DNA of 64,000 nt from Raja brachyura (GCA_963514005.1 OY740790.1:38316001-38380000), one strand, 5' to 3'; numbered from the stretch's first letter, positions 1-12,941 are shown. Made by a program: numbers and translations. Notes: a model not told the origin generated them from the sequence alone.

Positions 1-816
1 TGCAGTTCAATTTGGATAAATGTGAGGTTATCCACTTTGGTAGCAAAACCAGGAAGGCAGATTACTATCTAAATGATGTCAAGTTGGGAAAAGGAAGTAC
101 AACAGGATCTGGGAGTCCTTGTTCATAAGTCAATGAAGCTAAGCATGCAGGTACAGCAGGCAGTGAAGAAAGCGAATGGCATGTTGGCCTTTATAACAAG
201 AGGAGTTGAGTATAGGAGCAAATAGGTCCTCCTGCAGTTGTACAGGGCCCTAGTGAGACCACACCTGGAGTATTGTGTGCAGTTTTGGTCTCCAAATTTG
301 AGGGAGTGCTATTGAGAGAGTGCAGCAGAGGTTTACAAGGTTAAATCCCGGGATGGCAGGACTGTCATATGCTGAGAGAATGGAGCGGCTGGGCTTGTAT
401 ACTCTGGAGTTTAGAAGGATGAGAAGGGATCTTGTTGAAACATATAAGATGACTAAGGGTTTGTACATGCTAGAGGCAGAAAACATTTTCCAGATGTTGG
501 GGGAGTCCAGAACCAGGGGCCACGGTTTAAGAATAAGGTGTAAGCCATTTAGAATGGAGACAAGGAAACATTTTTTCTCACAGAGAGTTGTGAGTCTGTG
601 GAATTCTCTGCCTCAGAGGGCGGTGGAGGCCAGTTCTCTGGATACTTTCAAGAGAGAGCTAGATAGGGCTCTTAATGATAGCAGAGTCAGGGGATATTGG
701 GAGAAGGCAGGAACGGGGTACTGAATGGGGATGATCAGCCATGATCACATTGAATCGAGGTGCTGGCTTGAAGGACTGAATGGCCTACTCCTGCAGCTAT
801 TGTCTATTGTATATTG
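1..816 (+). mobile_element. CR1-clade LINE, 3' part (RT C-terminus, 3' UTR, (CTATTGT)n tail); truncated by window start
   Basis: Translates to QFNLDKCEVIHFG...LVRPHLEYCVQFWSP...QRRFTRL..G...ERRR.RGDLIE-type CR1 ORF2 end (ORF 320-724), with frameshifts; short tandem tail at 797-816. Confidence 0.93.
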
Positions 817-1355
817 ACCCCAAACATACTGTTAAAGCAACAAAGGAGTTTTTCAAAGCTAAAAAACTGTTAATTCTTGAGTGGTCAAGTCAATCACCCG
901 CTGAACACAATTGAGCATGCCTTTTATATGCAGAAAATAAAACTGAAGGGGACTAGGCCCCAAAACAAGCATAAGCTAAAGATGGCTGCAAGACAGGCCT
1001 GGCCAAGCATCACCAGCGAAGACACCCAGCAACTGGTGATGTCCATGAATCGCAGACTTCAAGCAGTCATTGCATGCAAAGGATATGCAACAAAATACTA
1101 AACATGACTACTTTCATTTACATGACATTGCTGTGTCCCAAACATTATGGTGCCCTGAAATGGGGGGACTATGTATAAGCACTGATGTAATTTCTACATG
1201 GTGAAACCAAAATGTATACATGGCCTTTATTAAAATCTGACAATGTGCACTTTAACCACATGTGATTTTTTTTCTATTACAAATCTCAAATTGTGGAGTA
1301 CAGAGGCAAATAAATAATTGATGGGTCTTTGTCCCAAACATTATGGAGGGCACTG
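816..1355 (+). mobile_element. Tc1/mariner transposon 3' remnant (DDE C-terminus plus right IR/DR terminal repeat)
   Basis: DPKH...W.SQSP.LN.IEH...AW.SI....Q.LV.SM.RRL.AVI..KG.ATKY* is typical of Tc1; direct repeat GTCCCAAACATTATGG at 1135 and 1331; ends in CACTG at 1355. Confidence 0.88.
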
Positions 1356-1554
1356 GAAGGTTACGCCCTCTTGCTCTCACATTCTCTCACCGGAGGAAAT
1401 GGTTTTTCCCTGACTACCTAATAAAATCCTGTAATCCTTTTAATCACCTCAATTATATCACCCATTAATCTTCTGTACTCAAATGCATACCGGATGAATC
1501 TCTTTAAACTGCTGTCATAACTTAACCTTTCAGCCAAGTTTTCATTTTGATGAA

Positions 1555-1698
1555 AAAAGGACACAAAGTGCTGAGTAACTCAGCTGGTTAGGCAGCATCT
1601 CTGGTGAACATAGATAGGCAATGTGTTGGATCAGGGCCCTTCTTAAGAGTTACTCCAGCACTTGGTGTCTTTTTTTGTAAACCAGCATCTGCAGTTCA
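1555..1698. mobile_element. Degenerate fold-back PLE-derived mini-element
   Basis: GACACAAAGTGCTG.AGTAACTC ... GAGTTACTCCAGCACTTGGTGTC inverted arms, same family as the 28187-28280 PLE end. Confidence 0.6.
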
Positions 1699-2439
1699 TA
1701 TCATTTTGATGAACTTAACAAAGTTCCATTTCCCTGGATTTGAAGAAAATTTGTGTGGGCAGTGTGTTCCCATCCCATCTATCTGACCTGTTCTGAAATC
1801 AGCACCACTGTTGCTCTGATTTCAACTGTCCAAAACAGGCTGTGGGTGGATCTATGTTAACCGTAAGATTATGTAGTGTACAACATGTAAATTTAGTGCT
1901 AACCTTTTGGAAAAAAAATAATTTAATGTAATGGCATTTGACATAGTTAAGCTGGAGTGTTGATTTTTTTAGAATGATGTGTGACCTTATGATAAAATTC
2001 AGGTGTGGCCTGACCTGATGAGTTCCTCCAGCAATTTTTGATTTCATTTGTGATTATTTCTCCACAACCTGTTGCATGTGCTAATATCATTCCATGGGAA
2101 CATAATTATGAATGGGCATTTCTGTCAGAGAATCCTGTAGCAAAACACAGAATAATGACATCTTGGACAAAATGATTTTATTATTTACATGACTAGCCCA
2201 GTAACTCTCAGAAATTCAAAGGGGCAATTTGTTCAATGCATCACAGCATGAATACAGAATTTACATTTGTAAAGTTCACATTTATATGAAACTGACAAAA
2301 AAAAACACTTTCCTATGGTAGACATCCCTCTCCTGGAGTTAATTTTCCCTACAGCTCAAATTGCTTAAAAATGTGAAAATTTAAACATTTGGCTGAAGTT
2401 TAATTACACAAGAAATAGTTCAATTCCACTTTTCCATCT

Positions 2440-2900
2440 ATTCCCCATTTCTTTGTTTCTTCTGTCATCCAGGCATATGTCTTTCTCAGGCTGCACAGTT
2501 GTCCAGGATAAGGTATTCGAAAGATTCCCAGCTCTCTAAGGAAATAAATTTCTCTTCATCTCCAAATATTCACAAATATTGACCCCAGCTCTAAATTCCC
2601 CACAAGAGGAAATTTCCTCTCAGTGAGTTCAGTCCCTCAGTTTAGTTTATGTTTCAATAAGATTGCGTACTTATACTCATCATGTTCAGCACTCCCAATG
2701 TTTAGCGTATGCGATCTTATTGAATCCAGTTGTCCAGTTTGCTCAATCTCTCAATCCATTCTTTAATCCCATGAATTCACCCAGTGAACCTTCTTTGAAC
2801 TGCCTCAGTGCATGTGTATCCCTTCTGAAATGAAAAGACTACAGCAACTATAACATAACTTTCCTACTTTAATATTCCGTCCCCCTTTCAATAAAGGCGT
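2440..2900 (-). mobile_element. Old CR1 fragment
   Basis: Degenerate reverse complement of CR1 ORF2 3' region. Confidence 0.45.
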
Positions 2901-3589
2901 ATAAAAAATGTTGAAATGTGGAAGGCGGGTATTTTGTTGCTGATACATATTCTGTTCAGTAGGTTTTCTGGCATTCATCAACTCGTCCCACTTTCTCCTT
3001 CCCCAAGTAATATGAAAACATCACTCCAACAGCTAATAACAACGGACTGAATGAAACATCTACTCTGTAACCTTTTGAGTTACAGACTTCAAGACACTGC
3101 AGTGACAGCCCCATAAATCATCCAAATGTTAAGTGAATTACTGTAGCCCCCACCTTCGAGCTTTTATGTTGTTTATCTAGTGTCATCTTACTGCTTTACA
3201 CATGAAAAAGAGGGGACGATGTGCTGCATCAGCAATTCTCTGTCCTCTCTTCCACTGCCATCTGGCACGACAGCTCACAGATACAGCGAATGTGGCTGCC
3301 ACAATGCATTTGGTACCATGAAAAGAAAGTGTAGCTTAAGTTATTTCTTTGGGACTTCAGCCCTGTCTTTTAACTCTTACCTGCTGTTTGAAAACAAATC
3401 TAAAATGTTGTTTCTCCTTTTGCTTGAACTCTGTAAATCATATTTAATTACAATTATGCGAAAAGTGTGTCCAAGGTAGAAAACCTTTAAAGGGAAATTA
3501 TTGTCTGAGTTACATGAGGAACAAGTTTTACTTATGTTGTAAACAGATAGATTGGTAGATACATTCTTCCCCAACATAAAATGTTGCGT

Positions 3590-4344
3590 ACATGGTAAAT
3601 GGTAGGGAATTGAGGAATGCTGTGGAACAGAGGGATCTAGGAATAACTGTGCATAGTTCCCTGAAGGTGGAATCGCATGTAGATAGGGTGGTAAAGAAAG
3701 CTTTTGATGTGCTGGCCTTTATAAATCAGAGCATTGAATATAGGAGTAGGGAAGTAATGTTAAAATAGTACAAGGCATTGGTGAGACAAATTCTGGAGTA
3801 TGGTGTACAATTTTGGTCGCCTAATTATAGGAAGGATGTCAACAAAATAGAGAGAGTACAGGAGTACAGAGGAGATTTACTAGAATGTTGCCTGGGTTCC
3901 AGCAACTAAGTTACAGAGAAAGGTTGAACAAGTTAGGTCTTTATTCTTTGGAGCGCAGAAGGTTAAGGGGGGACTTGATTGAGGTCTTTAAAATGATGAT
4001 AGGTATAGACAGAGTTGACGTGGATAAGCTTTTCCCTTTGAGGGTAGGGAAGATTCAAACAAGAGGGCATGACATAAGAATTAAGGGACAGAAGTTTAGG
4101 GGTAACATGAGGGGGAACTTCTTTACTCAGAGAGTGGTGGCTGTGTGGAATGAGCATCCAGCAGAAGTGGTGGAGGCAGGATCGATTTTAACATTTAAAA
4201 ATAAAGTGGATAGGTATATGGACGGGAAGGGAATGGAGGGGTATGGTCTGAGTGCAGGTAGATGGGACTAGGGGAAAATAAATGGTCGGCACGGACTGGA
4301 AGGGCCGAGAAGGCCTGTTTCCATGCTGTAATTGTTATATGGTT
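3590..4344 (+). mobile_element. CR1 LINE 3' fragment
   Basis: ORF 3885-4271 (YRERLNKLGLYSLERRRLRGDLIEVFK...TRGH...FFTQRVV..WN) plus upstream LEYGVQFWSP motif and 3' UTR. Confidence 0.92.
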
Positions 4345-5094
4345 AAAATGTCTGAACAATTGTTTCTAATCTAATTGAGACAATGTCTTTTACTGTTTAA
4401 CAAGTTGGACATATGTTTACATTCAGCCCAGAAATGAAGGGATTGAAGTTTCCTACATGAAATGCAGGTTTGACCACCTTAAATCCATTGCATAAGTCCC
4501 AGCAGTGCAAGTTGCCTGCTATTTGGCATTGATTCTCAATTTTAATGTGGGATGTCACAGGCACATTATTGTGAGGTTACAATTGGAGTGAGTTAAGACA
4601 GAGTCAAAGGAACTTTACCATACATCTAGGTATATTGCACTTCAACTTGACATGAAGGTATCTGCAATTTTCTTAGTCTGGAAAATTCTAGTTTGACAAA
4701 GGTCCCTAAAACTGGTGCCCATCCTTCCCAGCTCTGCCTTCAGTTGTAGGATTGGCTATCATTTCACTACAGTTGGTGGAATAGAAGCAATTGAAGGATC
4801 CTTGGGATTCTGGATGGCGGTCTTGAATTCACTGAGCACATTCCTAAGTGCTTACTGTACTGAGACTTGCTAGTTCCAGTGGAACATTTTCTGGCACCAT
4901 TGACGTTATTAGGAATGAACTTAGAATGAGTATATTATTGCCATGAAAAATAACGATAATGTGCACTGGAGTTAACTCGCTCTGTGCTCATCCACATAGG
5001 ACATCTTTCTTCCAAAGCGGATGGTCTGCAGATAGAGAGATTGTGGATCGAAGCAGACTCGCCAAGCTCGCTCTTCCTGCAGTTTCTCAATCAA

Positions 5095-5525
5095 TGTGTC
5101 TAGGAAGGAACTGCAGATGCTGGTTTACACCGAAGATAGATGCAAACTGCTGGAATAACTCAGTGGGTCAGGCCACATCTCTGGAGAAAAGGAATAGATG
5201 ACGTTTCGAGTTGAGACCCTTCTTCAGATCGAAAGTCAAGGGAGAGGAAAACTAGATGTATGAAAAGGTACAAAAAACAAGTGAATAAAAGGTTTGAAAA
5301 GAACGAATCAAAGCCAGCACCGATGATTTGGACTATTGAGGGCTCCACCTTTCCTTGATCATTGGCGCCAGCTTTGATTTGTTCTTTTCATACCTTTTAT
5401 TCATTTGTTCTTGGTACCTTTTCATACCTCTAGTTTCCCTCTCCCCTGACTCTCCTTCTGAATAAGGGTGTCGACGCAAAACATTACCTATTCCATTTCT
5501 CCAGAGATGCATTTCTCCAGAGAAA
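5095..5525. mobile_element. Long fold-back PLE 3'-end element (two inverted copies of the terminal repeat)
   Basis: About 5175-5327 is the reverse complement of about 5357-5510; hammerhead-like motif on - strand near 5200-5227 and degenerate on + strand near 5458-5485. Confidence 0.75.
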
Positions 5526-5756
5526 GGGACTCCAGAGTCCCTTTCTGACAAAAAAACATTTCACCAAACCAAATCCTGCATCATTAATTATGACTTCAAA
5601 GGTGAAGTGTAATGGAGCCGTCTACATGATCCCGGTTTTAGGGGAATTCCCCAACTATGGTATTCTATTCATGGCCAAAGCACATAAAAATCCAAAAATA
5701 TACACCTGTGGTGGGACTCCACGATGCTGAGACTGCTGTGATGCAACTCTACCCTA

Positions 5757-6293
5757 AAGGGCCTGTCCCACCAGCATGCGATTGCATTCGGCTAGCGCGA
5801 CATAACGTGGTCGCTTGAGCCGTACGGCTTCGCGGGGCTGGTCCCACTTCGATTGCCGGAGGAGTATGGAGTTGTGCGGGGCTGGTCCCGACATCGCGCG
5901 GGGCTCCGAAAAACTGACACTGTCCAAAAATCCCGCGCGGCAACGGCCTGTCGGTCCGCAGCCACATTGAGGACGTATGCAGCGTCTTGACGTCCTATGC
6001 AACGTCTTGACGGCGTACGCCTAGCGCGTGGCGATGCACGATGACGCCACCGCCCGGCATGCCGTTGCATGATGATGTCACTGCCCGGCGACATGCGACG
6101 TCCAAATTCAGTCGGCCTGCCTCCTGCCCAGCTGATTGGTGAGTATGATGTCGGGACCAGCACCGTACAACTCCATATGCCTCCGCGGTTCGAATTGGAC
6201 CAGCCCCGCAAGGCCATACACCTCAAGCGACCACGTTTGGTCGCGCTAGACGCAAACAAACGCGCTAGACGCATGCTGGTGGGACAGGCCCTT
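5757..6293. mobile_element. Non-autonomous DNA transposon (MITE), GC/CpG-rich
   Basis: Perfect terminal inverted repeat AAGGGCCTGTCCCACCAGCATGCG ... CGCATGCTGGTGGGACAGGCCCTT, TA on both flanks, imperfect inverted arms extending about 140 bp. Confidence 0.9.
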
Positions 6294-7326
6294 TAGATTG
6301 GACTCATGTTGCTAACCTTTCCATAACCTGCTCCTACTATCCCAATATTCTGTGTTGAGATGAGGCATCAGAGGGAAGGTAGACATCTGACCTGTCCAAA
6401 CTACTGATGAAATAGGACCACCAAAAAGGGGGAGGTGGGAGAAGGATTCAGGAGAGCTCTTTTTATACTGTCATCATCAGGTTTTCTGCTGGTGTTGCCA
6501 GAGTTAAATTATGAAATAATATGGAAAATAATTTAGAAAAATTTGGGATTGTTAAGTATTAATTTGAAGCCATACTTTCTACTATATATCATTCCTGCTT
6601 CTCCAAATTTTGGCTAAACTGAGTTACTTGATAATGGTTCACCATGTCGTTGAATCTTGCACAATTGCCTTTCAAACCAAACTGGCAATGTTTATTGGTG
6701 GTATGGCTTTTCCTTAATCCCCATGTAAAAGGGACAAACATAGGGATTATGAATGAAAGGAAGTGTAATTCTTAGTTGATGGTGTGTGTTTTATGGAGTT
6801 TTGAATGTAGTCATTCTATGCTAGGCAAGTTCGAAAGTGTCCCCACTACAGATGTAAAAAACCCTTGTCTCTGGTGGGTTGAAAAGGCACCTGTACCCTA
6901 AAGAGATGGAGAAGTGGCATCTCTGACCACATTTTTGTCCTTTCGCACCCAAACATTTGAAACACATTGAATGTTAAAAGTATAATAATTAAGTACTCCA
7001 AAATAAACTGGTAAAATAAAGTACAAATGTTGTCCCAATTTCGATGATAAAAACACTTTATTTGTTTTTTGTCATAGTCAGGTCCTGTTTGGAAACATTC
7101 CATTAGTTTATATTCTGGAAGAATTTTGTTGATTTGGAAATATGCACACATCTGACTACCATGTAGCCATTTGCTTCTTGGGCTAGGCCAGCGAGTCTCT
7201 GGAAAGAAGATGCACATCAGGTTCATTTCCCTTACAAATCTCAATCTGAATGTAAATTTCTAGTTTCCATGATTTCCATAAGATTTGGAACTGAGACACA
7301 TAATTGGATCAGCTTTGTTCAGGCAT

Positions 7327-7421
7327 GTCTGAAGAAGGGTCTCGACCCGAAACATCGCCTATCTCCTTCGCTCCTTAGATGCTGCTGCACCCGCTGAGTT
7401 TCTCCAGCTTTTTGTGTACCC
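7327..7421 (+). mobile_element. PLE-derived mini-element with hammerhead-like motif
   Basis: GTCTGAAGAAGGGTCTCGACCCGAAACATC...; near-direct repeat CAGCTTTGT(T/G)CAGG at 7310 and 7434. Confidence 0.75.
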
Positions 7422-7440
7422 TTAACCTTGATACAGCTTT

Positions 7441-7795
7441 GTGCAGGAAGAAAATTCAGATGCTGGTTTACATCAAATGTACACATAAAATGCTGGAGTA
7501 ACTCAGCGTGACAGTAGGAATGGGTTACGTTTCGGGTTGAGATCCTTCTTCAGACTGTCAAGGGGGAGGGAAACTGGAGATATGGATAGGTACAAAGATA
7601 ATGTACCCATCCAAATGACACATCAAAAGCAGATGATGATCAAGGAAATGTAGAATGGTTCATTGTTGGCTGAAAGGAAAAGTGACAACGAGGCATACAA
7701 ACAGTAAAATGATTCAGAAGGACAGATAAACTAATTGGAGAACTAGGGTGGGGGAGGGGGCGGGAAAGCAAGGATTAAAGTTAGAGAAATCAATT
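7441..7795 (-). mobile_element. PLE 3' end (ORF tail, 3' UTR, terminal module)
   Basis: Reverse complement of the IDFSNF-coding end and of the module seen at 27996-28280. Confidence 0.7.
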
Positions 7796-8439
7796 GGTTG
7801 TAATCTTATCTGTGGAATAGTTTAATTTAGAACGGAAGATATTTTGCTTGTCCATTAAAATTTTTTATTTTAAATTGGAAAATGTGTATTTGTCATGTTT
7901 GTATTTTTACTGGAGCTTCGTCGATGCCATTTGCACTGCCATACTTTGCAAACAGACCATTTATTATTCTGCCCACATAGAAGGTATTCACTTACCATAG
8001 ACCTAGTTTGTTTTCCCTTTAATCATATGGTTGGGGTGATTTAATTGTCCTCTTAAAATGGAAAGGTTTTTAAGAGATTAGAATTAGAGAATTATTTTGT
8101 ATAGTTCGGAATGCAGACCAAGGGGGCAAAATGAGATTACAATCAAGACAGCGCCATGAATTTCCAATGTACAAAACTGGATGTACAAATGTACAAAGCA
8201 AGATAAATACAGATAAAACCTTAGCTCCGTGCCAAATAGAATGGTGAGATTATAAATAGTGTGGTTCAAATTGAGACAATGGATAGAAAGATAAATTGTG
8301 ATGTCTTGGAATGTTTTACTACATTAAAAGCACTATTTATTTATGTGCAAATTGGTGTTGTCAAAGTGAGTGCAAAAACAATTGGTTTAATCTTCAGTGT
8401 GGCTGGATGTTGGAAAAGCAACAATAATAGTAAACCAAA

Positions 8440-8826
8440 AGACATGAATTGCTGGAGTAAGTCAGAAGATCTCAAGAAGGATCCCGACTCGAAATGTCAC
8501 CTATCTATATTCTCCAGAGGTGCTGCTTGACCTACTGAGTTACTCTAGTACTTTATATCTTTTTTGTAAAACAGCATCTGTCGTTGCTTTGCTTTATCTC
8601 CATTTGCTTTTCTGTTGCCTTTGCCCAGCTGACAATGATGTATTCTACATTTTCCTTGATCTCGATTCCTTTTGTCCTGATTCACACCGTACACTTCCTT
8701 ATCTATGTATCTCCCTCTTCCCTGACATCAGTCTGAAGAAGGGTCTCGACCAAAAACATCACCCGTTCCTTCTCTCCAGAGATGCTGCCTGTCCCACTGA
8801 GTTACTCCAGCATTTTGTGTCTATCT
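8440..8826 (+). mobile_element. Two adjacent PLE terminal-module copies
   Basis: Motif variants near 8470 and 8733, each followed by CTCCAGAG.TGCTGC.TG.CC..CTGAGTTACTC. Confidence 0.7.
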
Positions 8827-9404
8827 GTAGTTGCTTGTATCTTTAATTTTGAGCTGAGCTCAGTGGTGAGTGTGACTGTAGATTCCATTGTCTTTAGATG
8901 ACGTTACAAAGAGGCAGCATGGTGATTTGAGAAGAGAAGAACAAGAAAAGATACCTGGGAGACATTTTAAGCATCTAAAGTGGAAATACCAGCCTGTGTT
9001 AGAAATGTTATGGCTATGATTAGAATAAGAAGAGTGGAATGAAGAGAAGATGGTCCTATTTAGATGTAGAGTAGAAAGGAGTTTTGAGAAGGGAGATGAG
9101 GAGGCGTGCATCACAAAGCAAACCATTTGTGACTTTGGGGTATTTCAATACTGTGGGAGAAGTGAAACCAGATGGATGGATTTAAATTTGAAATTGTCAG
9201 AAAGATAGGAAATTAAACTCAAGGATCAATTGGTTCACAGCAGCCATTCTTAACTTAGGGGTCGTGACCCCCATGGGGGTCGTTTGCGGTTTTTCCAGGG
9301 GTCATGAAGGGGTCCTAAATAATATCAATTTGTTGAGCCCATGTTTAGGAACCTAACAAAGGTACATACCACACATTTTGTTCACATATGCGCGTACGTA
9401 TACA

Positions 9405-10923
9405 CAGGGCCTATGAGTGGGGGTGCAGGGGGTACATCGTACCCTGGCCCAGAGTCCAAAATGGGGCCCGGGAGCTGAAGGAGGGGACCCAGGAATTTCC
9501 TGAAATCTCAGAAAATGTTTGCATATATTTTGTGAAGACTAGCATTAACATTTTGTGTGAGCCTACACAGTTTTATATATCATAATGCATAGAAATTGTG
9601 ATCCGTAATAAAGCAGAGATTTTTAATTGGGGGTGTAACCTGATTAAAAGAGGGGGAAGGATGGGGGGGAGCCAGCAGAGTCATCACCTGTATGGGTAAT
9701 GGGTCTTCCCTGTAGTGGGGTGGGGGGGGCACTCGGACCCAGCAATCAGACCACGTGCTGTCTGCAGGGTGGAGGTTGTGGGCCTGGCGCTGCACCTGGC
9801 CGGTGGAGAGGTGAAAGTCGGCAGAGTCGCTGGTGGAGGCCCGTGGGGAGCTGGAGTAGTGATATGGGCAGCAGCATCGGTGGCTTTCTGAAGACAGTGA
9901 AGGTCAGCGACAGTGGCTGTGGTGGCACCGCCTGGGGAGGTGGGGAGAGCCGGCAACCACAGCTGTTACAGTGGTCCGGGCCTGGGCTTGGGTGTGGGTG
10001 GGTGTGAGTGGGTGTAGGTGTGTGTGGGTGACTGGGCGTGGGTGAGTGGGCGTGGGTGAGTGGGCGTGGGTGAGTGGGTGTGGATGAGTGGGTGGGTGTG
10101 GGTGGGTGTGGGTGGATGGGTGTGTGTGAGTGTGTGAGGGTGGGTGTGGGTGGGTGTATGTGAGTGGGTGAGTGAGTGTGGTCTGAGTGTGTGTGTTCGT
10201 GGGAGGGTGAATTTTGTAAATGCACAGTTAAAACCATTAGATCTGTTGAACTTATTAAAAGAGTACAGTCTTGGTGACCTGTTTCCAAATGTTTGTGTTA
10301 GCTTAAGAATACTATTAACAACTCCAGCAAGACTAGCTTCTGCGGAGAGGTCATTTAGCAAACTCAAGCTGATTAAGAATTATTTAAGGTCTACAATATC
10401 TCAGGAACTTGTGGATTTGGCCAGGCTAAGTATTGAATCAAACATTGCCAGAGAAATACATTTTCATGCTGTGATTTGAAATTTTTCACAAAAAAAAGGC
10501 CAGGAAAGCTCTTTATTTTAAGTAAATACTATCTACCTTCTTTCACTTTTTACTAATAACGATGTCTTCTGGTGATCAGATCTGCATTGAAATATAAAAG
10601 GATGTTTCAATGTGAATTATTTCTCCTTACCTGTGTTGTAGCAAAAACAAAGATGTTCAAAACAAATGTGCTTTCTTCTTTCTGATCCTTTTGTATTTAT
10701 ATTTATTTATATTTATCATGGAGGGAGTATAGGAGCATAAGGCCCCAAATGCAGAAAATCAACAGAGCGCTCCATTCCACCCCTCTCTCATCTTCCATAC
10801 CACTTTTTGCCTGACAGCTCATGGCATAAAACCGTAGTGGATAAAAACCGGATGACTAATGGAGAAGGGAAGGGGGCCTGAAAGAAACATTGTACCCACT
10901 GATAAAATTTGTCTGAGGCCCTG
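9405..10923 (+). mobile_element. Non-autonomous hAT element nested in the Charlie-type element; retains the hATC dimerisation domain
   Basis: TIR CAGGGCCT ... AGGCCCTG; perfect 8-bp TSD CGTATACA (9397-9404 and 10924-10931); FPNV..SLRILLTTP...ASAERSFSKLKLIKNYLRSTISQE at about 10280-10410. Confidence 0.9.
9987..10203 (+). repeat. GT-rich simple repeat (GGGT/GGGTGT/GTGA units)
   Basis: Direct reading; it explains the low-complexity H/T/P ORFs on the - strand. Confidence 0.95.
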
Positions 10924-12941
10924 CGTATACACACACACAAACTGTGTGTATTGTGAACCCTGTCTTCCAAGATGCGAACGTGTAGTGAAACATTACTCAA
11001 GTTCGGCTTCACAAGCATTGTTCAAAAATCAGTGGTCAAGCCGCAATGTGTTATCTGTGCCAAAGTTTTGAACCATTAGAGCATGAAGCCCAGCAAACTG
11101 AAGATCCATTCAGAGTCTTGTCACAGCAACCTGGCAGGGAAAGACGTGGACTATTTCAAACGAAATGAAGCCACACTCAATGGTTCCCGCATCGATTCGA
11201 CGGGTCACTGTGCTCATCAAAATGAAGCAGTGTTGGAGGCTTCGTACCTGATTTTTTATCGAATCGCACAGACTAAGAAACCTTACAGCGTCGATGAAGA
11301 GCTGATCAAGCCATGCCTTCTTGAAGCAGCAAAGTTGGTGCTGGGGGTACAGCAGTCAAACAAGTTCAGGCAGATTTCTCTTTCGAATGACATAGTCAAA
11401 AGTGGAATCTCGGATATGAGTATTGATATTCTGCTGCAAGTAGTGAACGCAGTGAGAGCAGTCCAGTGTATTCACTGCAACTGGATGAGACAACTGATGT
11501 TGCCTCATGTTCCCAACTGCTAGTCTAGGTTCGTTACCTCGATGGAGAAGCCATGAAGGAGGAGTACCTGTTCTCGGAGCCATTGGCCACGATCAATCAG
11601 GGAGAAGATGTGTTCAGAATGTTGGAAGCCTTCCTCATCAAACATGAGCTTGGCTGGGAATGCCTTGTCGGGCTGTGTACAGATGGGGCACCTTCCATGG
11701 TCGGTTGCAGATCCGGCTTCAAAGCCTTCGTGAAGGATGTCGCTCCCCATGTTTCCTTCACCCACTGCATGATACATCATCATGCTTTAACGATGAAGAC
11801 TCTCCCTCCTGGTCTTCGAGAAGTGCTTTCAGATGTGGTAAGGATCATCCGACCCTTTTCTGTTGAAGACGGTGCCATCAGCGATACTGACGAGATTGCG
11901 AAGGTTGAATTTTACCGAATTCGTGAAGATGCCCAGCTGAAGAGTGACTTCATGGACAAGAGCTCGTCACGTTTTGGCTCAAATTGAAGGACTATCCTGT
12001 TCGTTCGAAGAGGGCCCTGACCCTATTGTTCCAATCCCCCTCAACCTATCGCTGTGAGGCTGGATTCTCAGCCACGGTAACTCTGAAAACACCTGATGGC
12101 TGCGAAGCAATTTCAGCCATCTCATTGGCAGGCGTGTTTTAATAAATCAGGCTGTTTTTTTTCAATTTTTTATTGCAGTGGTCACGGTACTGACCAAGAT
12201 TGTCTGATGGGGTCATGGAGCCAAAAAGGTTCAGAACCACTGGTTTACAGGGATAGAGTTTGACATTATTACCACATTTCAGCAATTTGCATGTATAACA
12301 ACTAACACAGTACTAAAAGCTCCTTGAATTTTGAAGTCAATTGAATCCAATGTGTGTACATATTGTATTCTAATCTGTGTGGAATTTCTCTTGTGTAATA
12401 GAAATGAGATTTGTTTTTTGTTAAGTTTCTGCAAACACGGATATATTTATCACAAAATTATGAAGACAAACCAATGAGGAAGTTTATGTGCAAGTCGGAT
12501 TGAGCTGTCAAAGTTCTGAGGGCCAGAAAAAAAGAGTTCAGGAATCACAGGAAGCAACGGAGCATTCAGTCGGGGATATCTTTGATGACAAAGCTAAAGG
12601 AGTAGAAGGCTTCAGTTTTGCTATTTAACTATTCTGCTAGCCTTTGATTCTTCCATCAATCCCCTTTGCCTTTTGAAGATAATTTGGAGTAGTGTTAAAC
12701 AGCCAGTGGGCACTCTCTGATTTCACATCGAAAGACCATTTATCCAGTTGTGAGTATTAGTGGGCCACACAAGGTGGACATCAGAGTCGGAGCCAGAATT
12801 GTTTAATGTTCATTATATAAAGATTAGGCTGGAAATCCCGGTTGCTATTCACTCTCATTTCGAGGTCCTCACCCCAATTATAACTCCTACTGCCATCAGT
12901 GAACTTGGTACCGTCTCTAGAGTAAACTTGAGAGATGTGTG

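Larger units (their letters stand above)
9241..12242 (+). mobile_element. hAT transposon, Charlie/Buster type (ZBED5/SCAND3-like), internally deleted and frameshifted
   Basis: Termini CAGCCATTCTTAAC ... GTTCAGAACCACTG; 8-bp TSD GTTCACAG (9233-9240) / GTTTACAG (12243-12250); transposase motifs MKPSKL, EELIKPC, ISLSND, TDGAPSM, CMIH in ORFs 11083-11523 and 11553-11987. Confidence 0.88.

Noticed and set aside
5749-6296. Several overlapping ORFs of 72-160 aa
   Set aside because: A result of high GC and inverted symmetry in the MITE; no protein motifs
9746-10367. Long His/Thr/Pro-rich ORFs on the - strand
   Set aside because: Translation artefacts of the GT-rich simple repeat
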